DNA from: Podarcis melisellensis
Lineage: Eukaryota
Reading direction: 5' to 3' (one strand)
DNA length: 64,000 nt
NCBI GenBank assembly: GCA_964234715.1
Contig: OZ174287.1
Below, piece by piece: positions 39,030 through 52,059 of this stretch; within the stretch, counting starts at the first letter, position 1; the number at the start of each line of letters is the position of its first letter. Below the pieces are notes generated by a model that was not told the origin of the DNA, made no database searches, and saw only the letters and a list, made by a program, of their open reading frames with translations. A program made the translations under genes and the position numbers.

Positions 39030-39277
39030 GTAATCACCACCCCTTCCCCTCTTGTTCACGGGGACAGAACTGGTTCCCCGAACCCTCAGAATGCCCCGAT
39101 GCCAAAAATGCCAAACAGAAAGAAGCTGTGTTAACCCCTCAATGTTCGTTCCTTCTCTCCTTGTTCCATCCACGCTGGGTATACTGTACATCCAAGCATT
39201 GCAGTTGCCGCCTGATTGATTGAGCAGAAATCTTGCAAGTGCACCTTTCCCTCAGCCTGGAGTTTCAGAGTTCTACC

Positions 39278-39592
39278 CAGGGGAGCCAACTTGGGCCTAA
39301 AGTTATGGGTGCCCATGACGTCATGACGTCACGTGTGCCCTGGCCTCGGAACCTGACTTCTGGTGGCAAGGCCTCAGGGATGCTGTCTGAGGACTTGCGA
39401 GGTCTCGGAACCCGACTTCCACTGCCACCAGAATTCAGGTACCAAGGTCTCGCAAGGCCTTGGACAGCATCACTGAGGTCTCACAAGACCTTGGACATGA
39501 CTTCTGGTGCTTTCAAGGCACCAGAAGTTGCATTGGGGGCTCTGCAGTGTGGGTGCTGAGCACCCACAACAAAGTTTTTGTTGGCGCCCCTG
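39278..39592. mobile_element. hAT-type non-autonomous element
   Basis: TIRs caggggagccaac / gttggcgcccctg, 8-bp TSD gttctacc / gttctgct, internal inverted repeats. Confidence 0.75.
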
Positions 39593-39718
39593 GTTCTGCT
39601 CCTGTTGGATTCCTGCCAACAACTCCTGTTGATTTGCTACTCTGGGATAAGACACTGAGTCCTTCTTGAGGGAGAAGCAGCAACCCCAGTCTGTGAAGGA
39701 AGAGTGAGCTTTCAGCAC

Positions 39719-39998
39719 AGGGATGGAGAGGCTGTGGCCTTCCAGTTGTTGTTGGACCCCCAACTCCCATCACCACTGGCCATGCTGGTCAGGGCTGGTG
39801 GGAGTTGGAGTCCTTCTGGAGGGTCCACATCCCCACGGTTTATTTATCAAGTCAGTGTTAGCCAGGTGTTGGGAACATTTGGCCCTCCAGATGTTTCAGA
39901 ATTACAACTCCCATCAGCCCCAGCAAGCATAGCCAATGGCCAGAGAAGACAGGAGTTGTAGTTCCATAACATCTGGAGGGACAAAGTTTCCCCAAATC
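39719..39998. mobile_element. Two adjacent decayed palindromic hAT-type MITEs
   Basis: Two caactcccatca...ggagttg...tctggaggg units at about 39719-39835 and 39863-39998. Related copies at about 32290-32365, 47300-47430, 50290-50390 and 61002-61100. Confidence 0.7.
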
Positions 39999-42900
39999 TA
40001 ACATAAGCAGATAATAGAGTCATGACTTCTGTGTAACCAACTTAAGGCCTTGTGAGCAGGAGCTGAGGGCACTTCTAGGGTTGCCACCTTTCTCTGTATG
40101 CTGAGAAAAGATGCCTCTGTCAAACAGAAACAGAGCACTGCCTTAGAGTGTGTCAGACCACTGGTCTATCTAGCTTTCTTATTGCCTATGCTTGCTGACT
40201 ATGCTCTTGTCTATACTCTGCAGGGTTTCAGGCAGGGGTCCTTCCTAGCCTTACTTGGAGATTCAAAAGACCTCTTGCACAAGATCTCGCAATGAGCCAC
40301 CTTTAATTTCTCCATTGTATAATCATTAAAGGCACAACAGCTCTCCCATGGAATCTTGGCTCTGGCCCAGCCTGTTTCTTGTTTCTTGTCTTCGAGATAT
40401 ATAGGAGGCACCTTTGCCAACTCCAGCAGGCTGAAACTATTCTTCCTTGCCATCTACCAGTCAATTCCTTGGTCAGTGCCAGGACCTTGATGGGCTTGAA
40501 TTAAAGCTTCTACCACCCTTGCTTCCACTCTCTGGCCTTAAATGGCTGTGGGATGTGCAGAACATCAACATCTGCAGCTTATTCCATCACTTGGGTTGCC
40601 AGGTCTTAGAAATATCCCTGCTCCTGTGCCTTTAACGAGCAAGTCCAGCCCTGCTCATCCCTTATGTTATGGAAAGCTTTTCCTGCTGACTTCTGTAAAT
40701 CAAGCTGCTTTCAAAAATGCAGGAGCATCCAGGACAAGTTCTGTCACCACCACTATGTTGAGGAAAGCTGCACCTGTTGAAATCCCTGCTTGTCATCCGG
40801 CTAAAAAGGTGGCAACTCTTCTCTGTTTAGTCATGACCTCATTGACCAGCCTTTGGCAAGGCAAAGTTCCATTTGGTAAAATAGGACAATATAATTATAG
40901 GGTTGTTACAGCAGGTGTAAACGGAAAGAGGCAACCCTTTATATAATGGAAATACCAAATAATAGCTGCTCTTCCTGATTGCAAAAATCTTATTGCACCA
41001 GTCCACCCACACACAAGGTAAGTCATTCTTGTGCCCATTTTCCAAACGAGGAACTAAAGATCAGGAAATGTAGGTCTCTCCAAGACCACCCAGCATGACA
41101 GGGATCTGTCCAGGTCAAGCCCTGGACAGGTCAAATTCTTAAACTATATTTGCATTTCATCCCAGAGCTAGAGGCAGACTCCTGGAGGCTTGGCTTCCAG
41201 ACCTTACCAGCTGTTAGGATTCTGAGCTGCACTTGGTGGGTGACAAGTTTAGCTTTATTTATTGCTCCCTCTAAGAGCGAACGGAGGTGGGGTGTGCCAA
41301 GAAAAATGGAGCCAAAATGAGGTTGCTGAGTAACAGGAGGGGCAGTATTGGTAGCCCTGATGTTTTCCCAAGTCCAAAAATATATTTTAAAGGAATGAAA
41401 CAAAACCCAGTTGGACCAAACAGAGAGAGAAAAAGACAACCTAGATGGACCAAAAACACACCACAAAAAACCACCAGCCCAAGCAGTCTGGGGGAGGATG
41501 TACTGCAAAAAAAATTTGCAGTTCCACTTTGTTTATTCATTTGATCATTCATTCAGTGGTGTAGTGGGTAAATGCTGATGTTCGTGCCCTCTTCATGACA
41601 GGCCTGATAGTCAAGCCCCTCGTAAGCCTATACAAAAGAAGAAGAAAAACCTTTGACAGCATTTTTTCCCTTCAACCCATCCCCCACTTTGAACAGTTTG
41701 GGTGGGCTCAAAGTCTTGGTCAGTATTTTGTGACATTTTGGTTGGTCATGATGTAGGGATCTGGGATTTTTTTCAGAAAGGAAAGTGCCGGTTTTAGCCT
41801 CTTAGCTATGCTTGCTAAGGCTACCTCCCTCTTCCTCTGTTTAGTTTATTTGGTTGGTTTCTCTTTGAGTTAAGCTTAATTATTTGGCACATAAAGAATT
41901 GGCAAGTAATGCCCCCCCCCCGAAATGATGCCAACATCCCTGCCCCTCCCTGTTCCACCACAGTGCTACATTAATCACAATATTTCTATTGAAATGTTTT
42001 TGGGAACACAAACATGCACACAGGTGCCAAATCATCCAAAGTCAACACAAAAGCAATAAAACTACAACCCATAAAACAAATCAGAATGCAGGAGAGTAGA
42101 TAAGAAAACGTAAGATTAGATTAGGCTGCAATAAACAACAGTAGCTGGTGTGCCGACAGGGATGAAGCAAAAACCTCCCAAGGGGTTTATGGCTAGTTGA
42201 ATGACCAGATGCAAAAAGGGAGAGGCCTCTGTGTATGGTCAGCTGGTACCATGTTGCGCACTCCTGCACTGGCATTATTCGCCACCCCTACACAGCTGTT
42301 AAAGACACAAGTGTCTGCCTTTGTACCATGACTGAAAACCCACCAAGCCAAACACAGCCCAACACTTTTCTGCAGCAGCAGCAGCAGCCCACAAGGGATT
42401 TCCTCTTTTGACTTCCTGCCTGGGTTTGCAAAACTACAGAAGCTGCCAAGTATGTTGTGTTTAGGCACAGTCCATTCTCTACAAGTTGTACCCTTAAGTA
42501 TAAGCCAGACTTCCATTATGCCATGTTCCCTTGGCATAGGACAGGAATGGGAAGCCTCAGGTCCAGGAACCACCTCCAAGCCTTTCTGTTTGACTTTTGG
42601 GACTCTTGTTCCTCACAGGCCATGTTTCACTGGCTCCTTTACTAGAACGTGTCCCTAAACTCTTAGAATCCTCCTTTCCCATGCCTGGGTGGAGGGATGG
42701 AGAGGGGTGTGAGGGTAAGTTAACATTTGTCATCCTGCCCACTTTTGCCTGCACTGCCACAACCACCTGATGTTTCCTAGAATGGAATAAAATAAGTTCC
42801 TTACCCCTGGCTTAGTAGAAACCCTGCTGCAGGACTGTATTAAGAGTCCTACCAGGGAGCTGTATATAACCCCATTAGACATGCCTGTTAGTTGCCTCCC

Positions 42901-45327
42901 ATAGTTTGTAACACCAACAGGGGCTTCATTCAGGCATTCTCCTGTTGTGTTTAATTGTTGTGTGAGAGGGGGGAGGCAAGGACAGCTCCTCCACCCCACC
43001 CCCCATTGCCATCCCTGTCATTCTCCATGAGTTAGAGGGATAGCTTCTCTTCGGGATGCAGAACCTGATGTCATGGGCTGTATGCCAGGAATGGTGCATG
43101 AGCAGAGAAGAGTTCCTGCTTCAAAAGTTAACCCTCCAACTAACTCTTTGCTTCTGTCTCACTTGACCCCTGTGGGACGGGTTGAGGGAACTAGCACTCT
43201 TCTTGCCCTGTGCATGTGGGCTCAGGACAAGGAGAACGCCTGAATAGGGCTTGTGTAGGACCTGAATACAGTACTCAGGGTTCAGCAAACAACCTTCCTG
43301 GCAAGCCACAATGCCTGGCTGGTGGCCTCTGTTTGGCTCAGTGGGTGCTGTCCCGGACTATCATCTGTAACCATTAGTCACTGCTTCCCACTTTGGGCTG
43401 GTGGCAGCCTTGCCAGCAAGTCTTAAATCTAGGCTCGAGGTCGCTTGCCTCTCTTCTGAACTGTTTCTTTCATCTCCACCTTTTACCCTTTTCACGCCTG
43501 TGTTATTGCCTTTCTGGAAAGGAGTATCTGCCGGTGCCAAATCACTCAACCTTTCTCTGAGTGTCCAATTGCTTTTGAATACATTGAGTTCCCTTGTGTG
43601 CTATAAGAGAAAGCCTTAGCAGGAAGGGCTTGTAGAATAAACAAGGAACTTTAAAAAGAGAGAGGGAGAGAGAAGAAATGTGATTGTTTTGAATATTGGC
43701 CCAGGTTTCTCCCAGTGTATCATGGGAATGATAAGGTGGAGACGATCAGTCCTCTGACACTGAATTCTGCACTTGTTCTGGAATGTTGTGGGCAGTGTTT
43801 CGTTTTTAAGGCAGCGAGTGCCAGCATAGTCTTCACTTATGAGTCATACCGCCTGACCTTGCACACGCTTCAGATGTATTTCAAGATTACAACATGGCTT
43901 GAGGATGATTTGTACATTAGGAAAAAGCACAGAGGAAAGCGGATTATAATATATGCCCTTTCATAAATTTCCAAATTGGGATGAGAAGAAAATGAACCCT
44001 GTATACTCAAAGCTAATCTATCTTACTTGACATATTCCTGGACTGGACTTTACCATATAAACAACATGTTCTGGGTTTGATTCCTAACTCATATTTAAAC
44101 CATGGTTTGGCTACTATTCTCAATTTTATCCTGAGAGCCTTGGAAGGGATGCTGATTTTAATCTACAGGTCAAAAAACATAGAGTTGTCTTGAAGTAGTT
44201 GTAGGGACAAAGTAAGCAACTAGTGATCTTGATGGTCTTGGCGGGTACTCGGGCAGGGGAACAAAAGTGAGCATCCCATGAATCAGAGTCTTCTTTAAAA
44301 CAAAACACCAAGGTTCTAGTCCTCAAGGCTTTGGAGATGGGCATGAAAATAGAAGGGTCAGAAAATCAGAAGCTGAGGGTGGTGGAATATAAGAGAAGAA
44401 TATTATCAATTTTTAATCGCACTGGTAACTGGGCCTTTAACAGTATCATGATGTGCAAATAATAGAAGGGGGATAATATTTTATCTCCGTGCTGTGATAA
44501 GTGATTATGTATTGCTGATAAGTGATTATGTATTGCTGTGCATTGTTGGCAATGCTGGGGACTCAAGTTCTGAGCAGAAGTTCTAGCAGCCATGATGGGC
44601 CCATGGTACATGCATAGTAGTTTTCACCACCCCATAACCAGCATAAGTAGAATAAACTGTGCAAAATAAGTGAAAATATCCAGTTTTGTGTGCGCGCATG
44701 CAATTTTCATTTCCCACTCCTTGTTTTTAACCACACACCACACACAGCCTGTATGGGAAAGCAACAACTGACTGGGCCCTGAGTGGTCTTTTGACTTGGC
44801 CCATTTCTCTGCCGTCTCTGAACCATTCTCAGCCCTGTCCCTTGAGGTACCCTAATTTAAAAAGTGCAAACAAACTAGGATTGAACCTACGTCTTTACTC
44901 ATGCACTGTATGTTTTCTGTGCAGACAGCTGCTATGATCAGCATACACTGGAAGCCTGGAAGGGGAGGGGGACTAGGATCACAGCAACCAGCTCCTTCCC
45001 CATCCCCATGTTGATTGTGCCTTGTACATAGAATCTATGCATGCAAAATCTTTATGACCATGTGATGTGCAACACCTGCATTTAGCTGGATCCCAGATTT
45101 CACAGAGGAAGCCCACACATATACAATCAGTTTACGGGTTACAAGGAACCATCTAAGCACAGAAGTCAGAGATGGGGCCACCACCACTTATGACCCGACT
45201 TCTCCCTCCATGCCCTCAGCATAAGTCTGGTTATAGCTGTCTGCACTGGGTTATGGTCTAGCCCTGTGATGTCACATTTGCTCACCCTTCTTTCTTTCTA
45301 CCTCTCTCTCTTTTCCCCCTTCCACAG

Positions 45328-45433
45328 AAACACACAGTGGAGACACCTTATGGGGTTGTGACAATCACCATCCATGGGACACCCAAGCCCAAACGTCCAG
45401 CCATCCTCACCTACCATGATGTGGGACAAAACC
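45328..45433 (+). CDS. NDRG2: NDRG2 exon ([35 protein letters not shown]), 106 nt
   Basis: cacag / gtaaga boundaries; NDRG hallmark [11 protein letters not shown]. Confidence 0.97.
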
Positions 45434-45657
45434 GTAAGACTGGAGCACCCACTTGGTTGGGGCAGGAGGGAGGGGAGGTTGGGGGTTTTCCAAACACTGC
45501 AACCCCAAGAGAGAACTTGGCCATTTGCCCTACAGTCCAGTTCGTAGAACGTTTGCGTCAAGGATCTTGCCATTCTGGAAGAACCATTCTGGAAGAACTC
45601 CAAGAACTTTTTGTTTTGGTGGGGTCAAGAAGTCCCAACACATATTCACACCTATGC

Positions 45658-45658
<1 letters not shown>

Positions 45659-45691
<33 letters not shown>
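45659..45691. repeat. (CA)n microsatellite
   Basis: Seen directly. Confidence 0.96.
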
Positions 45692-45694
<3 letters not shown>

Positions 45695-47644
45695 TCTCCT
45701 ATTGTGTGGAGGTTCCTGATACTATACCACTGGTGGGGGCAAAATTCAGGCTACAACCCCAAGATCCACCAATCGGGTGCAAAATACAAGGGCCTCTTTG
45801 GCGAATACCATAAACAGATGTCAAGGCCTATTTGGAGGCTGGAGCCAGGTACCTGCTGCCCCCCGTGAACAAAACATTGGGAAGACCTGCATGTACGATC
45901 ACAAACCTACATCTAAGTTCGTGTGGATCAGAAATTCTAACAGATTAATGTAGGAAAGGAGAGCCATTTGTGGACACTATTCTTGAACAATGGAGAATCA
46001 AAAGCCTTTGCTTTATGATTGCAAATCATCCTGCGATCTACTGGTGGATCCTAATTTGCCTTGATCTGCCCGCCCCCTGGGGATGCACTCTACCCCACCC
46101 ATCACAATCAATCCTACCATAGCTGCTTGAGGACGAAGAACCAACACTTCCTAACAATGTAGAGGAGGGAGGGGGACACTCAGGCCCAATGGGGGAGGGG
46201 CAAATACAGCCCCTCAGGACCACACCTCTCTTTGGCCACTCCCCTCACCACTGTCCTTGAGAGCTGTTGCCTGGCTGGAATATGTCCCTGAACTCTGATC
46301 ATGCCTGTGGGTTGCTTGAAGGCGGGGGTGTGGGGAGAGGCGTCTGTGAGCATGTTTCCACTCTCCTGTTCTAGAATACCAGATCTTTGTGGCCTTTGAG
46401 GATGCTCAAGTTTACATTGTGGGCTTGCTCGGTGGTTGACTCTCAAGCAAGTCGGTCGCTCTGCCTCAGAGTCTGTCTGCAGGCATCTGACTGCTGCTGC
46501 CTCTGAAGCTTCCCACCCACCCGCCTGCCTGCCTTCTGCCTTCTGCAACAGGCATTGAAAGCTGGAGGAGACAGAAAACACTCATCCAGGGGAGGAGGAA
46601 CTGCTGGCTTTCGTTCTTACTTGGTTGTTTATCTCAACCTTATCTTTAGCAGCTAATTTCCCCCACTACTCTCCCTTCCAACTCCTAGAGAAAAATAGCC
46701 ACCAAGCAGGGGAGATAAACAAGGGGCAGAGAAATGCAGGCACAGCGCCTCCTCCAGCACGTGTGACATTTTTATTCCCTCTAGCCATTTATGCTGGTCT
46801 GTGAGGGAGTCTTCAAAATTCCCCATGGAATGGTGGAGTCTGCTCTCTCAGGGTGAGTGTAATGTCTAGCCAAGTCCTTAGTTCCCGTCCTAGAAAACAG
46901 GAATGATAGCGGTCTTCCTCACTGGGTTGTGAATGTGAACGAAACATGGGTTGTCTTGCATTCTTTCCACAGCCAAGGGACCATTTAAACTATCACTGCT
47001 AAGAAGAAGAAGAAAACTCGAGGAAAGCTTTCAGTCATGCAACTTTGCATTTTGGTGCACTCTGGTCTACTTTCTCATACCCCCAAAAGGCCTGCTTTTT
47101 ATTCCCTAACTCTTTTTTTTAAAAAAAGGGATTCATACCTTGACGTTAGAATCACCAGATTCCATTCTAAAATTTAATTTGAAATTTTAAACATTGTCCT
47201 ATTTATCGTTAATGTTTCCCAAGTGATCTGCGCTCTGTTCCAGAATTCCCCACCATCCCTTGAGGCCAATCATCTCCTGGTTTTGAAAGCATCTAGACCA
47301 TCCTTGCCCATCATGGTGCCTTCCTGCAACTCCCATCAGCCCCAGCCAGCATGGCTGTGCTTCCATGGCTGTGCTGATGGGAGTTGTAGTCCAAAACATC
47401 TGGAGGACACCAGGTTGGAGAAGCCTGGCCTAGAAGGCTCTTCTTCTCTTCAAAAGCTTTCACCCTTGTTAAGGAGAACATAGGAGCTCTCTCCTATTCA
47501 AGGTTGCTTGCTTGTCTGAATGCCCCCATCTCTTGCTCTTTTGCCAGGCCAGCTAAAGACATTTTGATCCCTTAGACTGCAGTCGTTAGGATACTTACCT
47601 GGGGAAAAAGCCTCATTGAACACAGTAGATTTTACTTCTGAGTA

Positions 47645-47887
47645 CAGTGGTACCTTGGTTGTCTAACTTAATCCATTCCGGGAGTCCATTCGACTCCCGG
47701 AACGGTTCGAAAACCAAGGCGCAGCTTTTGATTGGCTGCAGGAGCTTCCTGCACTCAATCGGAAGCCACTTCAGACATTCAGCTTCCAAAAAAAGTTCGC
47801 AAACCGGAACACTCACTTCCGGGTTTGCGACATTCGGGAGCCAAAACGTCCCGAGTACCAAGACGTTCGACAACCAAGGTACGACTG
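47645..47887 (+). mobile_element. Tc1/mariner-pogo MITE, second subfamily
   Basis: cagtggtaccttggttgtc...gacaaccaaggtacgactg TIRs, TA flanks, different internal sequence from the 2199 family. Confidence 0.9.
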
Positions 47888-48104
47888 TAAACTTGCATAG
47901 GCTTGCATGGTAAGGCGAGGAATCCAAAATAGCACCTTCCAGTGTCAAAAAACAACAACAGTCAGTTTGCTGCCCTGTTTACTGACTCCTGGAGCAAGAC
48001 GGCAGCCGCTGTCTTGATTTGCAGCTCGCCAGTCTCGACGGCACTACCGCTTGGCCTTCTGCAGCCTGACACCCACTTCTTCTGTCTCCCCACCCCCACC
48101 CCAG

Positions 48105-48225
48105 ATCTTTCGTGCTTCGACACCCTCTTCCACTTTGAGGACATGCAAGAGATCATAAAGAACTTCGTGGTGATACATGTGGACGCGCCTGGCATGGAGG
48201 AGGGGGCCCCGGCCTTCCCTCTGGG
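48105..48225 (+). CDS. NDRG2: NDRG2 exon ([41 protein letters not shown]), 121 nt
   Basis: ccag / gtgagc; phase 1 to 2; HVDAPG motif. Confidence 0.97.
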
Positions 48226-48329
48226 GTGAGCCTTGCAGCCTCCATTCCTGCCCCACCCGCATCGTTGGGTGTGATGGGGACAACAGCCTAGCAGTCTAAC
48301 ACAGCCCCTGCTCTCTGCTCTCTTCCTAG

Positions 48330-48392
48330 GTATCAGTATCCCTCGCTGGACCAGCTGGCTGACATGATCCCCTGCATCTTGCAATATGTGAA
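48330..48392 (+). CDS. NDRG2: NDRG2 exon ([20 protein letters not shown]), 63 nt
   Basis: ctag / gtgagt; frame continuous. Confidence 0.97.
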
Positions 48393-48668
48393 GTGAGTCG
48401 GGGCGAGATCACACGGGTGGGTGGGTTGCGACAACAACCTGTGACGGGGTCACCTGTCAGCCTTCTCAAACAAGGGTTTGAGAACCTACCAAAGTAAGAT
48501 TCCTTCTTGGGTATTTCCCATTATTATCATTCTTCCAGTGGGATAGCCAGCTGTGTGTGTCTGTTACAGGAAATGCAAGTGTCTTTTAGCATCTTAAACA
48601 CTAACAGAGTGATTGTGGCCTAGGCTTCCCGCCTTTTCATCATGAAGTGTTATATTCGGTTTGGCAGA

Positions 48669-48674
<6 letters not shown>

Positions 48675-48718
<44 letters not shown>
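48675..48718. repeat. (TA)n microsatellite
   Basis: Seen directly; resumes at 48808-48817, followed by (CA) and (GA) runs. Confidence 0.96.
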
Positions 48719-48720
<2 letters not shown>

Positions 48721-48808
48721 TTTCGTAGATTTTCACGGGTACAGGAATGCAGGTTTTGGTGTCCTCGGGTGTCTTCCCGTGTAAAAGTTGGGGTGTCTAG
48801 GCGACGTT
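48718..48808. mobile_element. Short CpG-rich insertion within (TA)n, probably a Penelope-like element end
   Basis: About 90 bp of complex sequence ending in ggcgacgtt, with TA repeats on both sides. Family assignment from recalled Penelope-type cgacgtttcg terminal motifs. Confidence 0.55.
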
Positions 48809-49111
48809 ATATATATACACACAGAGAGAGAGAGAGAGAGAGATAAATAAATATAGATAGATAGCTGAACACACACTTAACACGTGGGAGAAAGAGAAAG
48901 AGAGGGGGAAGGGAATTGGAGCCGGGGGGGGGCATGAAAACATGAGGCACTCAGTCTGTGCCATTTCGAAGTGTTCACTTTAGAGAAAATTCCAAAGGCA
49001 CAAGATAAGTAAATGGCCGGAGCCCACTTCTGCTCCCAAGTGCCAAAAAAGTGCCCAGCAGCTCCTGCTCCTTTGCCTATTTTGAAACTGGCCTCTTTCT
49101 TCCTCCTTTAG

Positions 49112-49172
49112 CTTCACCAGCATCATCGGAATTGGAGTCGGAGCCGGCGCCTACATCCTGGCACGCTACAGC
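49112..49172 (+). CDS. NDRG2: NDRG2 exon (NFTSIIGIGVGAGAYILARYS), 61 nt
   Basis: ttag / gtaagt; GxGxGA pseudo-nucleophile elbow. Confidence 0.97.
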
Positions 49173-50103
49173 GTAAGTGGGTGGGGGACCCATGAGTGGT
49201 GGTCGGATTAAGTAAATGTTCTCCATGCCCAGTTTGAACCTCTCCAAAAGCAGCAGGGCTGCAGAGTAGCTGACATCTGTGTTCCTATTAACAACCACAG
49301 AGCAGCGTTTCAGTTGTTTCCTGAGCTGAAGTACAGAGGAAGGATGGGCCCAACATTTGATTCCAGCAAGTGTGATGTGCTGTAGTAATTAAGAGAATTA
49401 GTTGAGAGACAGGAAATTCCTGTTTCAAATCTCAGGGGAGGCATGAACGCGTGTGGTGAAATTATATAAGTGGCTCTCTCTTAGAGGCCAAGATTTTGCC
49501 ACAGGATGAATGGAGAAATTTCGTTCTGATGCTATCGATTGATTTGTTTCAGAAACGCAGATCTGCATGTGTGCTCCCTGCTCCCTTTTTTAAAAAAAAA
49601 TATATTTTTATCTTCACACCAACCTGTGAGTTAGATTAGACTGAGAGGGAGTACATGTCCCAAAGTCACCCAGTGAACTTCATGGCTGAGCAGGGATTTG
49701 AACCTCAGGCTTAGCTTGATGCTCCAAATGCACCACCCTATCTCTCTGGTTTCAGTAGGGATTGCTGCAATAATGTACACAGAGCAACTTGAATATGTGT
49801 CAAAAGCTATTTATGAGAGCTAGTGTGACAACGAGGAGGAGAGGACAAGCAATGCTCTGGTTCAGATCTCACTTCAGCCAGAACTAGAAGGGGGGGGGGA
49901 AAGTTTAGCATAAGCAGAGCCTGTTGGATCAGGCCAAGGATTCTGCAATTGCCACATCTTATTTCCTTCCCTGGCCAGCCAGCTGCCTATGAGGCACTGA
50001 GAAGCCTCTGTTTTATGTCCCTGAAATTATACATAAGCAGTATGGTGAGCGCCATGCAAACATTTTATCCACTAGTCATGAGTGTTATTATGATTTTCCA
50101 CAG

Positions 50104-50190
50104 CTCTCTCATGCAGACACCGTGGAGGGGTTGGTTCTGGTCAACATTGACCCCAATGCCAAGGGCTGGATGGACTGGGCTGCTCACAAG
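50104..50190 (+). CDS. NDRG2: NDRG2 exon ([29 protein letters not shown]), 87 nt
   Basis: cacag / gtgaga; frame continuous. Confidence 0.97.
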
Positions 50191-51370
50191 GTGAGACTGG
50201 GAAAGTGAAGGGGCTTACCACTGTCTAATGCGCCTAGTAATCAATTGCAGATGAAGTGAAGGGGTCTGATGCTGCCTTTGCTCACTTGGTGTCCTCCAGA
50301 TATTTTGGATTGCAGCTCCCATCATTCCTGACCATTGCCATGCTGGCTGGGATGATGGGAGTTGTAGTCTAAACATTCGGAAAGCTCACAGTTGTGGCAG
50401 GCTGCTCCAATGGGCGCTTGAATCGTTGTTCTTATTTCTACAAATTTAAACAGCTAACACAACCTATTCTTTGCCTGTTTATAATGACAAATAAACAAAA
50501 AAAGCCCATAAACTTTGGTGTTGGTGCCAGTTACCCATCACTATCGAGATAGCAGAAATTCCTTTCAGTCTATCAACCTCTCAGCTGCAGGCACTTCTAG
50601 ACTGTTGCACTTTTGCGAATGGGATTCAACCACATACCAGCAAATTGAGGTCATACAATTAAAGTGGCACATCTGCACAACAAGCCCATTTCCAGGGGGG
50701 AGGGGGGGAGATAAATTTTGTGCTAAAGAAAGTGATGAGAGGCTTAATTCATTGTTATAATTTGGCTATTATTGGGGTATACTGGAAAACTAATTTGAAT
50801 TTTTTTAAAAAAGAAAGTGACGAGATGTTGTAACTGAAAGTGGAGGATAACAGTTACTAGATGGGGTGTATAATCTCCCCACAAACAAATGAATGCTCAG
50901 TAGTTGCTTGACATCTAATCTCTTCCCCACAAACCTTGTTCAAAGAAACCAAGATGAGTGCTCCATAAACAGGTTGTCTGAAAGCAACCTCCATTTTACT
51001 CTTCTTCCTCTGTCTGCTGCCCTGTTTCATCTGCTTACATTTCTGTCTCCCTCTTTTCCCCCCTCTGGTTTCTCTTCAACTTTTTCTTCACCCACTTTCA
51101 CCAAACGCTTTATTCCCCCCCCCCCGACTTTTCCTCCATATTCTTCCCAAGTTTATCGAAGACTCAGATGTGCAACCTACTCCCCCAAACAACCTAAAGG
51201 GCAGGATGCTTAGACAATTGTGGCCAGGTAGCACCACCTGGCTAAGCTTTCTAGTGAGCCTCCTCTATCCCAATTTTTGGCTCTGGGAACTTAGGAGATA
51301 GGAAGGGTAAAGGCCAATTTCTGAAGGAAAAAAATTCAAGGGCTGTGACTTACATAAAAGTTATCCTTCT

Positions 51371-51688
51371 TGATGTGTAGGTGGGTTCCCACGAGGCAAG
51401 ACACAGCGAAAACAGCAAGAACCTTTATTGAACTACATAACTGGGAAACGGGCAAAGCAACTGCTTATGTACATTCCTGATAGTCTGGGCCACTTCCACT
51501 CCCAACGTGATTGGCTATCTAAACTTCCAAGCTGCAAATCATGACTCAGAGTTCAAGGGCCAATGGCAGAGGCCCAAATCCTGAAATATTCTATGATTAG
51601 ACATCATGTATCGAATCAAAACACAGGAGCTCAGAATCCTTAGTCCAGACTCAAGCTCAGGCAAACACAGACCACGGAATACATAACA
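51371..51688 (-). mobile_element. Solo LTR (318 bp), antisense to NDRG2
   Basis: TG...CA ends with imperfect terminal inverted repeat tgatgtgta / tacataaca; 5-bp TSD cttct / catct; minus-strand AATAAA (tttatt at 51424-51429) and CCAAT boxes. Confidence 0.7.
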
Positions 51689-52002
51689 CATCTCACATTA
51701 TCTTGATGTCTTTTAGAGGTGGGATACAGTAATTCAGCAGTGGAATAAAATGCATTCTGCATATTCTCAGAAGCACTTAATTCTGATTTCTTTGCATGTT
51801 CCAGGATGAAGCCCTGGTACTGAAAAGAGATTTTAGCGTTTGAGTACAGGCTGTGCTCTGGAAGGCAATAGATTCTCAGAGATCTCTGCTTTCCCTCTGG
51901 GGAATAAGCCAATCCCCATAATCCTCATGCAGGTGCCAATCTGGCCCATTCAAACCAGTGTCTTTTCCATCTCCTCTGATCTCATTCTGTTTCTCTCTTC
52001 AG

Positions 52003-52059
52003 CTGACTGGCCTCACATCCTCCAACTCTGAGATGATTCTGCAACATCTCTTCAGCCAG
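52003..52059 (+). CDS. NDRG2: NDRG2 exon (LTGLTSSNSEMILQHLFSQ), 57 nt
   Basis: ttcag / gtaagc; frame continuous. Confidence 0.97.

Noticed and set aside
44495-44536. 21-bp exact tandem duplication (tgataagtgattatgtattgc x2)
   Set aside because: Ordinary slippage duplication in an intron with no sign of function.
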